Assembly: GCF_018350175.1 (NCBI RefSeq)
Contig: NC_058383.1
Location: forward strand, 16,618,001-16,682,000
Reading direction: 5' to 3'
Origin: Felis catus
Lineage: Eukaryota
DNA: 64,000 nt
The position numbers and the translations under genes were made by a program. The notes under the pieces were generated by a model that ran no database searches, was not told the origin of the DNA, and saw nothing but the letters and a program-made list of their open reading frames with translations. Below are positions 12,001-24,617 of the stretch, one piece after another; position 1 is the stretch's first letter, and every line of letters starts with the position of its first letter.

Positions 12001-15000
12001 TGCCCATAGTGGCTTAGGAGCGAGTTCTGCGTCCGGTACTGTCGTCGTATGGCCCCGCCGAGGTTTTCCCACCCCCTTGACTGTGTGAAACGAGGTGTCC
12101 GTCCGTGGGACAGGTGGAGTCACCATAGTGTGGTTTCTCCAGAGGAGCTGAGGACAGTCTAACGCCCAGGGTCGGTACACCTACTCCCACACTTCTGACT
12201 TCCCGGAGTCCACTGAGGTCAGGTGATGTCGGTTACCGCACAGCCTTGCTTCTGGGCGACGCACATGGGGCGCATGCCTGTGAGGCCCCGCAAGCATTTC
12301 TAACCCTGGTAACTTTAGGGGAAGGAGAAGTTGTTCGACGTCTGGACACCGCCCACTGTTGGCTGCACAGCCTTGAGGGCACGGGGCTCGTCTCGTCGCC
12401 CCGCCGGGCTTCTCAGCAGACAGTTCGTGCTTAGGGAATCGGGGTGTCAGTTGAAAGAGGCCCTCCGCACGAGTGTGCTTCCCGGAGCTGAGTCGAGGGG
12501 ACGGGCCCTCTCGGCCCCGCAGTGCTCTCCAGCAAGCACTTCCGCCTTAGTGGAACAACGTGTTGGTTGAAAGCTGGCTTTCCCCAACTGGAGTTTCTCT
12601 GGCAGAGTTCAGGCCCTGGGACTTTTCAGGCAGGCACGGCAGACTATTTCCAAGGTTTCTTTCTTCATGAAGGGAGAAGGAAAGAGGGTGGTCCCACACT
12701 GAGGTTTCACAGAGTGGAGGCCCTAGCATTGCCCTGCGAATTGACCGAGGGGTTGGAAAGCCTGCCAACCTGTTGCAACCCGGCGATGCTGAGCTGAAAA
12801 AGGCTTCCCACCGTGCTGTGTTTCACTCTGTGGCTCTTTGCAGCCTGGCTCCACAAAGCTTTGCACACACGTCTAGCTTTGGGAAACGAGAGGGTCGTCA
12901 CAGCAAGGATGCAGCCCAGTGTCGTTTCACCACAAGAGTGTGAGGCAGTCTCCGCACAGGTCATGCCTCGTTTCCCAGACACTTGTCAGTTGGGGAAACC
13001 CCAATATGTGTGAAACGCGTATCGCCGGACCGTGGTTCCACACAGCTCCCTTGGTGGACACCTCGCGTTCAGCGCCCCCGTCTCAGTGATTCCAAGGCTT
13101 CCAACTGTGGGAACCGAGATGTTCGTTCCAAGCGGGATCTTATGGCCCCACTCCGAAACCACCCCACAAGCACACTCCCACCGTCTTCTTTCCTGCACCT
13201 CAGCCCAGGGATCTTACCTTGTCGGCCGGCGTCAGTTTTCCAACACTTGTGTACCTTAGCCACACCAGCTGTCAGTGGCTAGACGGTCTCCCCAACTTGA
13301 GGCTTCTGAGAGGTGCGGAGACGCCACTGGCCTCACAGCTCCGTTCTCGGGGGGCCGCTGCAGACACTGCTGACACGAGGGAAGCAAGATGGGTTCTCGG
13401 GGAAGGATTGCCCATAGTGGCTTAGGAGCGAGTTCTGCGTCCGGTACTGTCGTCGTATGGCCCCGTCGAGGTTTTCCCACCCCCTTGACTGTGTGAAACG
13501 AGGTGTCCGTCCGTGGGACAGGTGGAGTCACCATAGTGTGGTTTCTCCAGAGGAGCTGAGGACAGTCTAACGCCCAGGGTGGGTACACCTACTCCCACAC
13601 TTCTGACATCCCGGAGTCCACTGAGGTCAGGTGATGTCGGTTACCGCACAGCCTTGCTTCTGGGCGACGCACATGGGGCGCATGCCTGTGAGGACCCCCA
13701 AGCATTTCTAACCCTGGTAACTTTAGGGGAAGGAGTTGTTCGACGTCTGGACACCGTCCACTGTTGGCTGCACAGCCTTGAGGGCACGGGGCTCGTCTCG
13801 TCGCACCGCCGGGCTTCTCAGCAGACAGTTCGTGCTTAGGGAATCGGGGTGTCAGTTGAAAGAGGCCCTCTGCACGAGTGTGCTTCCCGGAGCTGAGTCG
13901 AGGGGACGGGCCCTCTCGGCCCCGCAGTGCTCTCCAGCAAGCACTTCCGCCTTAGTGGAGCAACGTGTTGGTTGAAAGCTGGCTTTCCCCAACTGGAGTT
14001 TCTCTGGCAGAGTTCAGGCCCTGGGACTTTTCAGGCAGGCACGGCAGACTATTTCCAAGGCTTCTTCCTTCGTGAAGGGAGAAGGAAAGACGCTGGTCCC
14101 ACACTGAGGTTTCACAGAGTGGAGGCCCTAGCATTGCCCGGCGAATTGACCCAGGGGTTGGGAAAGCCTGCCAACCTGTTGCAACCAGGCTATGCTGAGC
14201 TGAAAAAGGCTTCCCACCGTGCTGTGTTTCACTCTGTGGCTCTTTGCTGCCTGGCTCCGCACAGCTTTGCACACACGTCTAGCTTTGGGAAACGATAGGG
14301 TCGTCACAGCAAGGATGCAGCCCAGTGTCGTTTCACCACAAGAGTGTGAGGCAGTCTCCACACAGTTCGCGAGTCGTTTCCCAGATTCTTGTCAGTTGGG
14401 GAAACCCCAATATGTGTGAAACGCGTATCGCCGGACCGTGGTTCCACACAGCTCCCTTGGTGGACACCTCGCGTTCAGCGCCCCCGTCTCAGTGTTTCCA
14501 AGGCTTCTAACTGTGGGAACCGAGATGTTCGTTCCAAGCGGGATCTTATGGCCCCACTCCGAAACCACCCCACAAGCACACTCCCACGGTCCTCTTTCCT
14601 GCACCTCAGCCCAGGGAGCTTACCTTGTCGGCCAGCGTCAGTTTTCCAACACTTGTGTACCTTAGCCACACCAGGTGTCAGTGGCTAGACGGTCTCCCCA
14701 CCTTGAGGCTTCTGAGAGGTGCGGAGACGCCACTGACATGACAGCTCCGTTCTCAGGGGGCCGCTGCAGACCCTGCTGACACGAGGGAAGCAAGATGGGT
14801 TCTCGGGGAAGGATTGCCCATAGTGGCTTAGGAGCGAGTTCTGCGTCCGGTACTGTCGTCGTATGGCCCCGCCGAGGTTTTCCCACCCCCTTGACTGTGT
14901 GAAACGAGGTGTCCGTCCGTGGGACAGGTGGAGTCACCATAGTGTGGTTTCTCCAGATGAGCTTAGGACAGTCTAACGCCCAGGGTCGGTACTCCTACTC

Positions 15001-18000
15001 CCACACTTCTGACTTCCCGGAGTCCACTGAGGTCAGGTGATGTCGGTTACCGCACAGCCTTGCATCTGGGCGACGCACATGGGGCGCATCCCTGTGAGGC
15101 TCCGCAAGCATTTCTAACCCTGGTAACTTTAGGGGAAGGAGAAGTTGGTCGACGTCTGGACACCGCCTCCTGTTGGCTGCACAGCCTTGGGGGCACGGGC
15201 CTCGCTTCGTCGCCCCGCCGGGCTTCTCAGCAGACAGTTCGTGCTTAGGGAATCGGGGTGTCAGTTGAAAGAGGCCCTCCGCACGAGTGTGCTTCCCGGA
15301 GCTGAGTCGAGGGGACGGGCCCTCTCGGCCCCGCAGTGCTCTCCAGCAAGCACTTCCGCCTTAGTGGAACAACGTGTTGGTTGAAAGCTGGCTGTCCCCA
15401 ACTGCAGTTTCTCTGGCAGAGTTCAGTCCCTGGGACTTTTCAGGCAGGCACGGCAGACTATTTCCAAGGCTTCTTCCTTCGTGAAGGGAGAAGGAAAGAA
15501 GGTGGTCCCACACTGAGGTTTCACAGAGTGGAGGCCCTAGCACTGCCCTGCGAATTGACCGAGGGGTTGGGAAAGCCTGCCAACCTGTTGCAACCAGGCT
15601 ATGCTGAGCTGAAAAAGTCTTCCCACCGTGCTGTGTTTCACTCTGTGGCTCTTTGCTGCCTGGCTCCGCACAGCTTTGCACACACGTCTAGCTTTGGGAA
15701 ACGAGAGGGTCGTCACAGCAAGGATGCAGCCCAGTGTCGTTTCACCACAAGAGTGTGAGGCAGTCTCCACACAGTTCGCGAGTCGTTTCCCAGACACTTG
15801 TCAGTTGGGGAAACCCCAATATGTGTGAAACGCGTATCGCCGGACCGTGGTTCCACACAGCTCCCTTGGTGGACACCTCGCGTTCAGCGCCCCCGTCTCA
15901 GTGTTTCCAAGGCTTCTAACTGTGGGAACCGAGATGTTCGTTCCAAGCGGGATCTTATGGCCCCACTCCGAAACCACCCCACAAGCACACTCCCACGGTC
16001 CTCTTTCCTGCACCTCAGCCCAGGGAGCTTACCTTGTCGGCCAGCGTCAGTTTTCCAACACTTGTGTACCTTAGCCACACCAGGTGTCAGTGGCTAGACG
16101 GTCTCCCCACCTTGAGGCTTCTGAGAGGTGCGGAGACGCCACTGGCCTGACAGCTCCGTTCTCGGGGGGCCGCTGCAGACACTGCTGACACGAGGGAAGC
16201 AGGATGGGTTCTCGGGGTAGGATTGCCCATAGTGGCTTAGGAGCGAGTTTTGCGTCCGGTACTGTCGTCCTGAGGCCCCACCGAGGTTTTCCCACCCCCT
16301 TGACTGTGTGAAACGAGGTGTCCGTCCGTGGGACAGGTGGAGTCACCATAGTGTGGTTTCTCCAGATGAGCTTAGGACAGTCTAACGCCCAGGGTCGGTA
16401 CTCCTACTCCCACACTTCTGACTTCCCGGAGTCCACTGAGGTCAGGTGATGTCGGTTACCGCACAGCCTTGCATCTGGGCGACGCACATGCGTCGCATCC
16501 CTGTGAGGCCCCGCAAGCATTTCTAACCCTGGTAACTTTAGGGGAAGGAGAAGTTGGTCGACGTCTGGACACCGCCTCCTGTTGGCTGCACAGCCTTGGG
16601 GGCACGGGCCTCGCTTCGTCGCCCCGCCGGGCTTCTCAGCAGACAGTTCGTGCTTAGGGAATCGGGGTGTCAGTTGAAAGAGGCCCTCCGCACGAGTGTG
16701 CTTCCCGGAGCTGAGTCGAGGGGACGGGCCCTCTCGGCCCCGCAGTGCTCTCCAGCAAGCACTTCCGCCTTAGTGGAACAACGTGTTGGTTGAAAGCTGG
16801 CTGTCCCCAACTGCAGTTTCTCTGGCAGAGTTCAGTCCCTGGGACTTTTCAGGCAGGCACGGCAGACTATTTCCAAGGCTTCTTCCTTCGTGAAGGGAGA
16901 AGGAAAGACGGTGGTCCCACACTGAGGTTTCACAGAGTGGAGGCCCTAGCACTGCCCTGCGAATTGACCGAGGGGTTGGGAAAGCCTGCCAACCTGTTGC
17001 AACCAGGCGATGCTGAGCTGAAAAAGGCTTCCCACCGTGCTGTGTTTCACTCTGTGGCTCTTTGCTGCCTGGCTCCGCACAGCTTTGCACACACGTCTAG
17101 CTTTGGGAAACGAGAGGGTCGTCACAGCAAGGATGCAGCCCAGTGTCGTTTCACCACAAGAATGTGAGGCAGTCTCCACACAGGTCGCGCGTCGTTCCCA
17201 GACACTTGTCAGTTGGGGAAACCCCAATATGTGTGAAACGCGTATCGCCGGACCGTGGTTCCACACAGCTCCCTTGGTGGACACCTCGCGTTCAGCGCCC
17301 CCGTCTCAGTGTTTCCAAGGCTTCTAACTGTGGGAACCGAGGTGTTCGTTCCAAGCGGGGTCTTATGGCCCCACTCCAAAACCACCCCAGAAGCACACTC
17401 CCACGGTCTTCTTTCCTGCACCTCAGCCCAGGGAGCTTACCTTGTCGGCCAGCGTCAGTTTTCCAACACTTGTGTACCTTAGCCACACCAGCTGTCAGTG
17501 GCTAGACGGTCTCCCCACCTTGAGGCTTCTGAGAGGTGCAGAGACGCCACTGGCCTGACAGCTCCGTTCTCGTGGGGCCGCTGCAGACACTGCTGACACG
17601 AGGGAAGCAAGATGGGTTCTCGGGGAAGGATTGCCCATAGTGGCATAGGAGTGAGTTCTGCCTCTGGTACTGTCGTCCTATGGCCCCACCGAGGTTTTCC
17701 CACCCCCTTGACTGTGTGAAACGAGGTGTCCGTCCGTGGGACAGGTGGAGTCACCATAGTGTGGTTTCTCCAGATGAGCTGAGGACAGTCTAACGCCCAG
17801 GGTCGGTACACCTACTCCCACACTTCTGACTTCCCGGAGTCCACTGAGGTCAGGTGAGGTCGGTTACCGCACAGCCTTGCATCTGGGCGATGCACATGGG
17901 GCGCATCCCTGAGAGGCCCCGCAAGCATTTCCAACCCTTGTAACTTCAGGGGAAGGAGAAGTTGGTCGACATCTGGACACCACCCCCTGTTGGCTGCACA

Positions 18001-20827
18001 GCCTTGAGGGCATGGGGCTCGCCTCTTCGGCCCCGCCAGGCTTCTCAGCAGACACTTTGTGCTTAAGGAAACGGGGTGTCAGTTGAAAGAGGCCCTCCGC
18101 ACGAGTGTGCTTCCCTGTGCTGAGTCGAGGGGACGAGCCCTGGCTGCCCCACAGTGCTCTCCAGCAAGCACTTCCGCCTTAGTGGAACAACGTGTTGGTT
18201 GAAAGCTGGCTGTCCCCAACTGGAGTTTCTCTGGCAGAGTTCAGTCCCTGGATCTTTTAAGGCAGGCACGGCAGACTATTTACAAGGCTTCTTCCTTCGT
18301 GAAGGTAGATGGAAATAGGGTGGTCCCACACTGAGTTTTCACAGAGTGGTGTCCCTGGCATTGCCCTGCGAGTTGCCCGCGGTGGTTTTGAAAGCCTGCC
18401 AATCTGGTGAAATCAGGGGTTGCTGAGCTGAAAAAAGGCTTCCCCAACGTTCTGTGTCACAGGGTTCACTCTGTGGCTCTTTGCAGCCTGGCTCCGCACA
18501 GCTCTGCACACACGTCTAGCTTTGGGATAAAATAGGGTTGTTACAGCAAGGATGCACCCCCGTGTTGTTTCACCACAGGAGTGTGAGGCAGTCTCCGCAC
18601 AGGGCACGCGTCTTTTCCCATACACTTGTCACTTGGTGAAACCCATTATGGGTGGAACGGGTGTCGCCGCCCCGCGGTTCCACATAGCTCTCATGGTGGA
18701 CACCTCACGATCAGCACCCCCGTCTCGGTTGTTCAATGCTTCTAACTGTGGGAAATGAGATGTTCGTTCCAAGAGGGGTCTTATCGCCCCACTTCGCCAC
18801 CGCCCACAAGCACACTCCCTCTGTATTCTTTTCTGCACATGAGCCCAGGGAGCTTTCCTTGTCGGCCAGTGTCAGTTTTCCAACGCTTGTGTACTTTAGC
18901 GACACCAGATGTCAATGGCTACACTGTCCCCACCTTGTTGCCTCTGAGAGGTGCAGAGACGGCACTGGCCTGACAGCTCCGTGTCCCTAGGGCCGCTGCA
19001 GACACTGCTGACACGAGGGAAGCAAGATGGGTTCTCGGGGAAGGATTGCCCATAGTGTCCTTTGAGTGAGGTCTGCATCCAGTACTGTCGTCGTATGGCC
19101 CCACCGAGGTTTTCCCACCCCCTTGACTGTGAAACGAGGTGTCCGTCCGTGGGACAGGTGGAGTCACCATAGTGTGGTTTCTCCAGATGAGCTTAGGACA
19201 GTCTAACGCCCAGGGTCGGTACACCTACTCCCACACTTCTGACTTCCCGGAGTCCCCTGAGGCCAGGTGAAGTCGGTTACCACACAGCCTTTCTTCTGGG
19301 AGATGCACTTGGGTCGCAAACCAGTGAGGCCCTGCAAGCATTTCAACCCTTGTAACTTTAGGGGAAGGAGAAGTTGGTCGACATCCGGATCCCGCCCCCT
19401 GTTGGCTGCACAGCTTTTAGGGCACGGGGCTCTCCTCTTCAGCCCCGCCGGGCTTCTCAGCAGACACTTCATGCTTAGCGAAACGGGGTGTCAGTGGAAA
19501 GAGGCCCTCTGCACGAGTGTGCTTCCCGGAGCTGAGTCGAGGGGACGGGCCCTGTCAGCCCCGCAGTGCTCTCTAGGAAGCACTTCCGCCTTAGTGAAAC
19601 AACGTGTTGGTCGAAAGCTGGGTTTCCCCAACTGGAGTTTCTCTGGCAGAGTTCAGTCCCTGGGACTTTTCAGGCAGGCATGGCAGACTATTTCCAAGGC
19701 TTCTTCCTTCGTGAAGGGAGAAGGAACGAGGGTGGTCCCACACTGAGGTTTCACAGAGTGGAGTCCCTGGCATTGCCCTGCGATTTGCCCACGGCGGTTT
19801 TGAAAGCCTTCCAACCTGGTCAAACCAGGGGTTGCTGAGCTGAAAGAAGGCTTCCCCACCGTGCTGTGTCACAGGGTTCACTCTGTGGCTCTTTGCAGCC
19901 TGGCTCTGCACAGCTTTGCACACACGTCTAGCTTTGGGAAATGAGAGGGTCGTCACAGCAAGGATGCAGCCCAGTGTTGTTTCACCACAGGAGTGTGAGG
20001 CAGTCTCCGCACAGGTTGCGCGTTTTTTTCCAGACACTTGTCACTTGGTGAAACCCCATTATGTGTGGAAAGGGTATCGCCGCACTGTGGTTCCACAAAC
20101 CTCCCATGGTGTACACCTCGCGTTCAGTACCCCCGTCTCGGTGGTTCCAAGTGTTCTCACTCTGGGAAATGAAATGCTCGTTCCAAGAGGGGTCTTATCG
20201 CCCCACTCTGCCACCACCCCACAAGCACACTCCCACGGTGTTCTTTCCTGCAAATCAGCCCAGGGAGCTTACCTTGTCGGCCAGCGTCAGTTTTCCAACA
20301 CTTGTGTACGTTAGTGACACCAGATGTCAGTGGGTAGACGGTGTCCCCACCTTGATACTTCCGAGAGGTGCGGAGATGGCATTGGCCTGACAGCTCCGTG
20401 CCCCGCGGGCCGCTGCCGACACTGCTGACACGAGGGAAGCAAGATGCATTCTCCGAGAAGGATTGCCCATAGTGTCTTTCGAGCGAGTTCTGCATCCGAT
20501 TCTGTCGTCGTATTGCCCCACCGAGGTTTTCCCACCCCCTTGACTGTGTGAAACGAGGTGTCCGTCCGTGGGACAGGTGGAGTGACCATAGTGTGGTTTC
20601 TCCAGATGAGCGTAGGACAGTCTAACGCCTAGGGCCGGTACATCTACTCCCACACTTCTGACTTCCAGGAGTCAACTGAGGTCAGTTGAGGTTGGTTACC
20701 GCACAGCCTTGATTCTGGGAGATGAACTTGGGTCGCGTTACTGGGAGGCCCCGCAAGTATTTCCAATGCTCTTAACTTAGGGGAAGTAGAAGTTGGTGGA
20801 CATCTGGATTCCCCGCCTGTTTGCTTC
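1..20827 (+). repeat. Tandem satellite array, 1,409-bp unit (12-mer HOR of ~113-120-bp monomers), ~14.8 copies, open at left edge; probable centromeric satellite
   Basis: Landmarks recur at 1,409-bp spacing (e.g. motif at 443, 1852, 3261, 4670, 6079, 7488; later spacings 1406-1418); ORF track repeats at the same period. Satellite sequence stops at ...ccccgcctgtttgcttc ~20827. Confidence 0.97.
443..459 (+). other. CENP-B box motif GTTCGTTCCAAGCGGGA (first of 13 core-intact copies; others start at 1852, 3261, 4670, 6079, 7488, 8896, 10305, 11713, 13121, 14527, 15936, 17344)
   Basis: Matches TTCGnnnnAnnCGGG core exactly; 14 of 17 positions match canonical YTTCGTTGGAARCGGGA. Copy at 17344 ends CGGGG but keeps the core. 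Confidence 0.85.
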
Positions 20828-23309
20828 CCATAAGTGAAGCACACTTGCTCATCACAAGTGCACTCCCAATCCCCAGTCACCTCTTTAACAACTCCCCCCA
20901 CACCCTCCTGTCTCTATCAGTTTGCTCTCTATAATTTAGAGTCTGTTTCTTGAACTCTCTCTGTGCTCACTTGTTTTTTTTTAGCAAATTGCACATATGA
21001 GTGAAATCATATGGTATTTGGCATTCTGTGACTGACTTACTTTGCTTAGTTGTAGTCTCTAGCTACATTCATGTCATTGCAAATGGCAAGATTTCATTCT
21101 TTTTCACGGCTGTATAGTATTCCATTGCAATATAGATACCCCATCTTTATTTATTCATCAGTGAATGGGCACCTGGACTGCATTCATATATTACTTATAG
21201 CAAATAATGCTGTTGTATGTATCCTTTTGAATTAGTGTTCTTGTATTCTTCAGGTAAAAATCAGTAGTGCATTGTTGGATCACAGGGTAGTTTTTTTTTT
21301 TAACTTTTTTAGGAAATCCATTCTGTACTCCAGAATGGCTGCACCTTTGCACAGTGCATGAAGATTTCTATTTCTCCACATCCTCACTAACACCTGTTGT
21401 TTCTTGGGTTGTTGATTTTAGCCATTCTGACAGGTGTGAGGTGATATCTCATTGTAGTTTCTACTTGCACTTCCCTGATGGTAAGTGGTGATCATCTTGT
21501 CACTTGTCTGTTGGCCATCTGCATGCTTTCTTGGGAGAATTGTGTGTTCATGTCTTCTGCCCAATTTTTAATTGGATTGTTTTTTTGGGGGGGGGGTGGG
21601 GGATGTTGAGGTTTATAATTCCTTTATATAATTTGGATAGTAACTGTGTAGCAGATTTCTCATTTGCAAATATCTTCTCTCATTCCTTAAGTTGTCTTTG
21701 AATTTTGTTGATTGTTTCCTTCACTGTGCAGGAGCTTTTTATCTTGATAAAGTCCCGAGAGTTTATTGTTGCTTTTGTTTCCAATGCTTCAGGAGACATA
21801 TCTAGAAAAAAGTTGTTATGGCTGATGTCAAAGAGATTACTTCTTATGTTCTTTTCTCAGATTTTTATAGTTTTTGGCCTCACATTTATGTCTTTAATCC
21901 ATTTTAAACTGTTTTGTGTGTATGGTGTAAGAAAGTGTTTCCTTTTCATTCATTTGCATGTTGCTGTCCTGTTTTCCCAACACCATTTGTTGAAAAGACT
22001 CTCTTTTTCCACTGGATATTCTTTCCTGCTTTGTTGAAGATTAATTCACCATATGGTTGGGGGTTTATTTCTAGGTTTTCTATTCTGTTCTCTTGATATA
22101 TGTATCTATTTTGTGCCAGTAACAAAGCATTTTGATCACTGCAGATATGCAATTCAACTTGAAATCTGGAATTGTGGTATCTCCAGCTTTGCTTTTCTTT
22201 TTCAAGATTGCCTTGGCTGTTCGGTGTCTTTTGTGGTTCCATACAAATTTTAGGATTGTTAGTTCTATCTATGAAAAAAGCTGTTGGTATTTTAATAGGG
22301 ATTGCATTACTGTGTAGATTGCTTTGGGTAGTATAAACATTTTAACAATATTTGTTCTTCCAATCCATTTCTTGATGTTATCTTCAATTTCTTTCATCAG
22401 CATTAGTTTTCAGAATACAATTGTTTTACTTCTTTGTTTAGGTTTATTCCTAGGTATCTTATTATTTTGGGTGCAATTATAAATGGGATTGTTTTCTTTA
22501 ATTTCTTTCTGCTGTTTTATTATTTGTGTATAAGTGCAATAGATTTGTGTATGTGGGTTTTCTATCCTGCAACTTTACTAAATTTATTTATTCGTTTATT
22601 CATCTTAGCAGGTTTTTTTCGTGGAGTCTTTTGGGTTTTCTAGAGTTTCATGCAGTCTGCATTTAGTGAAAATTTGACTTCTTCCTTGCTGATATGAATT
22701 CTTTTTTATTTGTTTTTGTTATCTGATTGCTGTAGCTAGGACTTCCAGTACTATGTTGAATACAAGGGGAGAGAGTACATCCTTGTCTTGTTCCTGACCT
22801 TAGGGGAAAAATTCTCAGTTTTTCCCCTTTAAGGATACTGTTAGCTGTACATTTTTTCTTATATGGCCATTATTATGTTGAAGTCTATACCGTCTATGCC
22901 TATTTTGTTGAGATTTTTCATCAAGAACGAATGTGTACTTTGTCAAATTCTTTTTCTACATCTATTGGGATGATCATATGGTTATCTTTTCTTTTATTAA
23001 TATAATGTGTCACATTGATTGACTTTCAAATATTGAACCACCATTACTCCAGGTAAAATCCCACTTGATCATGGTGAATTATTCTTTAATGTATTGTTGG
23101 ATTGGAGTTAACAATATTTTTTTGAGAAATTTTGCAACCATCAGAGATACTGGCCTGTGGATCTCTTTTTTAGTGGAGTCTTTGTCTGGTTTTGGAATCA
23201 GGGTAATCACTGGCCTCATAGAATGAGTTTGGAAGTTTTCTTTCCATTTCTACTCTTTTGGACTAGTTTGAGAAGAATAGGTATTAACTCTTTTTAAAAT
23301 GTTTGCTAG

Positions 23310-23555
23310 GGGGCGCCTGGGTGGCTTGGTCGGTTAAGCGTCCGACTTCAGCTCAGGTCATGATCTCATGGTCCGTGAGTTCGAGCCCCGCGTCGGGCTC
23401 TGTGCTGACAGCTCAGAGCCTGTAGCCTGTTTCAGATTCTGTGTCTCCCTCTCTCTCTGCCCCTCCCCTGTTCATGCTCTGTCTCTCTCTGTCTCAAAAA
23501 TAAAAATAATAAAAAAAAAAACGTGAAAAAAATATAAAAAAAATAAATAAAAAAA
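23310..23555 (+). mobile_element. Felid CanSINE (SINEC_Fc-type)
   Basis: ggggcgcctgggtggc...gttcgagccccgcgtcgggctc head, (CT)n, A tail; gtttgctag duplicated on both sides. Confidence 0.95.
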
Positions 23556-24045
23556 GTTTGCTAGAATTCCCCTGTGAAGCCATTTGGCCCTCGACTTTTG
23601 TTTGCTGGGAGTTTTCTGATTACTGATACAATTTCTATGCCGGTTATCGATGTGTTCAAGTTTCCTATTTCTTGCTGTTTCAGCTTTGGTGGTTAATATG
23701 TTAAGCAATTTATCCATTTCTTCCAAATTATCCTATTTGTTGGCACATAATTTTTCATAATATTCTTTTGTAATTGTTTGTGTTTCTGTGGTGTTGGTTG
23801 TTATTCCTCCTGTCTCATTTGTGATTTTATTTATATGAGTCCTTTCCTCTCTCTTTTCTTTTTGATATTCTGGCTAGGGGGTTATCAATTTTATTATTTT
23901 TTTTCAAAGAACAAGTTCCCGGTTTCATTGCTATGACCTGTTTTGTTTTGGTTTTAGTTTCTATATCATTTATTTTTGTTATAATCTTGATTAGTTCCTT
24001 CCTTCTGCTGGTTTGGGGTTTTGTTTGCGGTTGTGTTTCTAGTTG

Positions 24046-24270
24046 TTTTTTTTTTTTAATTTTTTTTCAACGTTTATTTATTTTTGGGACAGAGAGAGAC
24101 AGAGCATGAACGGGGGAGGGGCAGAGAGAGAGGGAGACACAGAATCGGAAACAGGCTCCAGGCTCTGAGCCATTAGCCCAGAGCCCGACGCGGGGCTCGA
24201 ACTCACGGACTGTGACATCGTGACCTGGCTGAAGTCGGACGCTTAACTGACTGTGCCACCCAGGCGCCCC
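24046..24270 (-). mobile_element. Young felid CanSINE (SINEC_Fc-type)
   Basis: Poly-T, then reverse-complement body ending caggcgcccc; tctagtt on both flanks. Confidence 0.95.
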
Positions 24271-24413
24271 TCTAGTTTCTTTAGTGTAAGGTTAGGTTGC
24301 TTAGATTTTTCTTTCTCTTGAGGTAGGCCTATATTGCTATAAACAGCCCTCTGGTTCTGCTTATGCTGCATTCCAGATGTTTTGGATTCTTGTTTTTTCA
24401 TACGTTTTCATGT

Positions 24414-24617
24414 ACTTTGAAAGAGTTTGGTGTTTTCTTAAAAAACTAGTCATGCCCTTTCCAATACAATTCAACAATTGTGCTCCTTGGTATTTACCTA
24501 GAGGAAATGAAACTTATGTCCACACAAAAACCTATACACAGATGTTTAAAAGAGATGTATTCATTATTGCCAAAACTTGGAAAAACTGAGATGTCTTTCA
24601 GTAGGTGAATGGTATAA
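24414..24617 (+). mobile_element. Short plus-strand L1 ORF2 3' fragment inside the minus-strand L1
   Basis: ctccttggtatttaccta...ttatgtccacacaaaaacc...gccaaaacttggaaa matches L1 ORF2 C-terminal region in sense orientation. Confidence 0.7.

Noticed and set aside
1..20827. CRISPR-like or prokaryotic repeat system
   Set aside because: No short repeat with unique spacers, no cas-like ORFs; context is mammalian SINE/LINE DNA.
1..20827. Identity with the cat FA-SAT satellite or with rDNA/5S/snRNA gene arrays
   Set aside because: FA-SAT monomer is about 480 bp as recalled and does not fit a 1,409-bp unit with ~115-bp sub-period; no rRNA or snRNA sequence recognised.
35..20901. Many 60-159-aa ORFs recurring in every satellite unit
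   Set aside because: Occur in all six frames, resemble no protein I recognise, are freely frameshifted between units; a by-product of GC-rich tandem repeats.
23310..23400. tRNA gene
   Set aside because: tRNA-like A/B boxes belong to CanSINE heads followed by CT and A tails.
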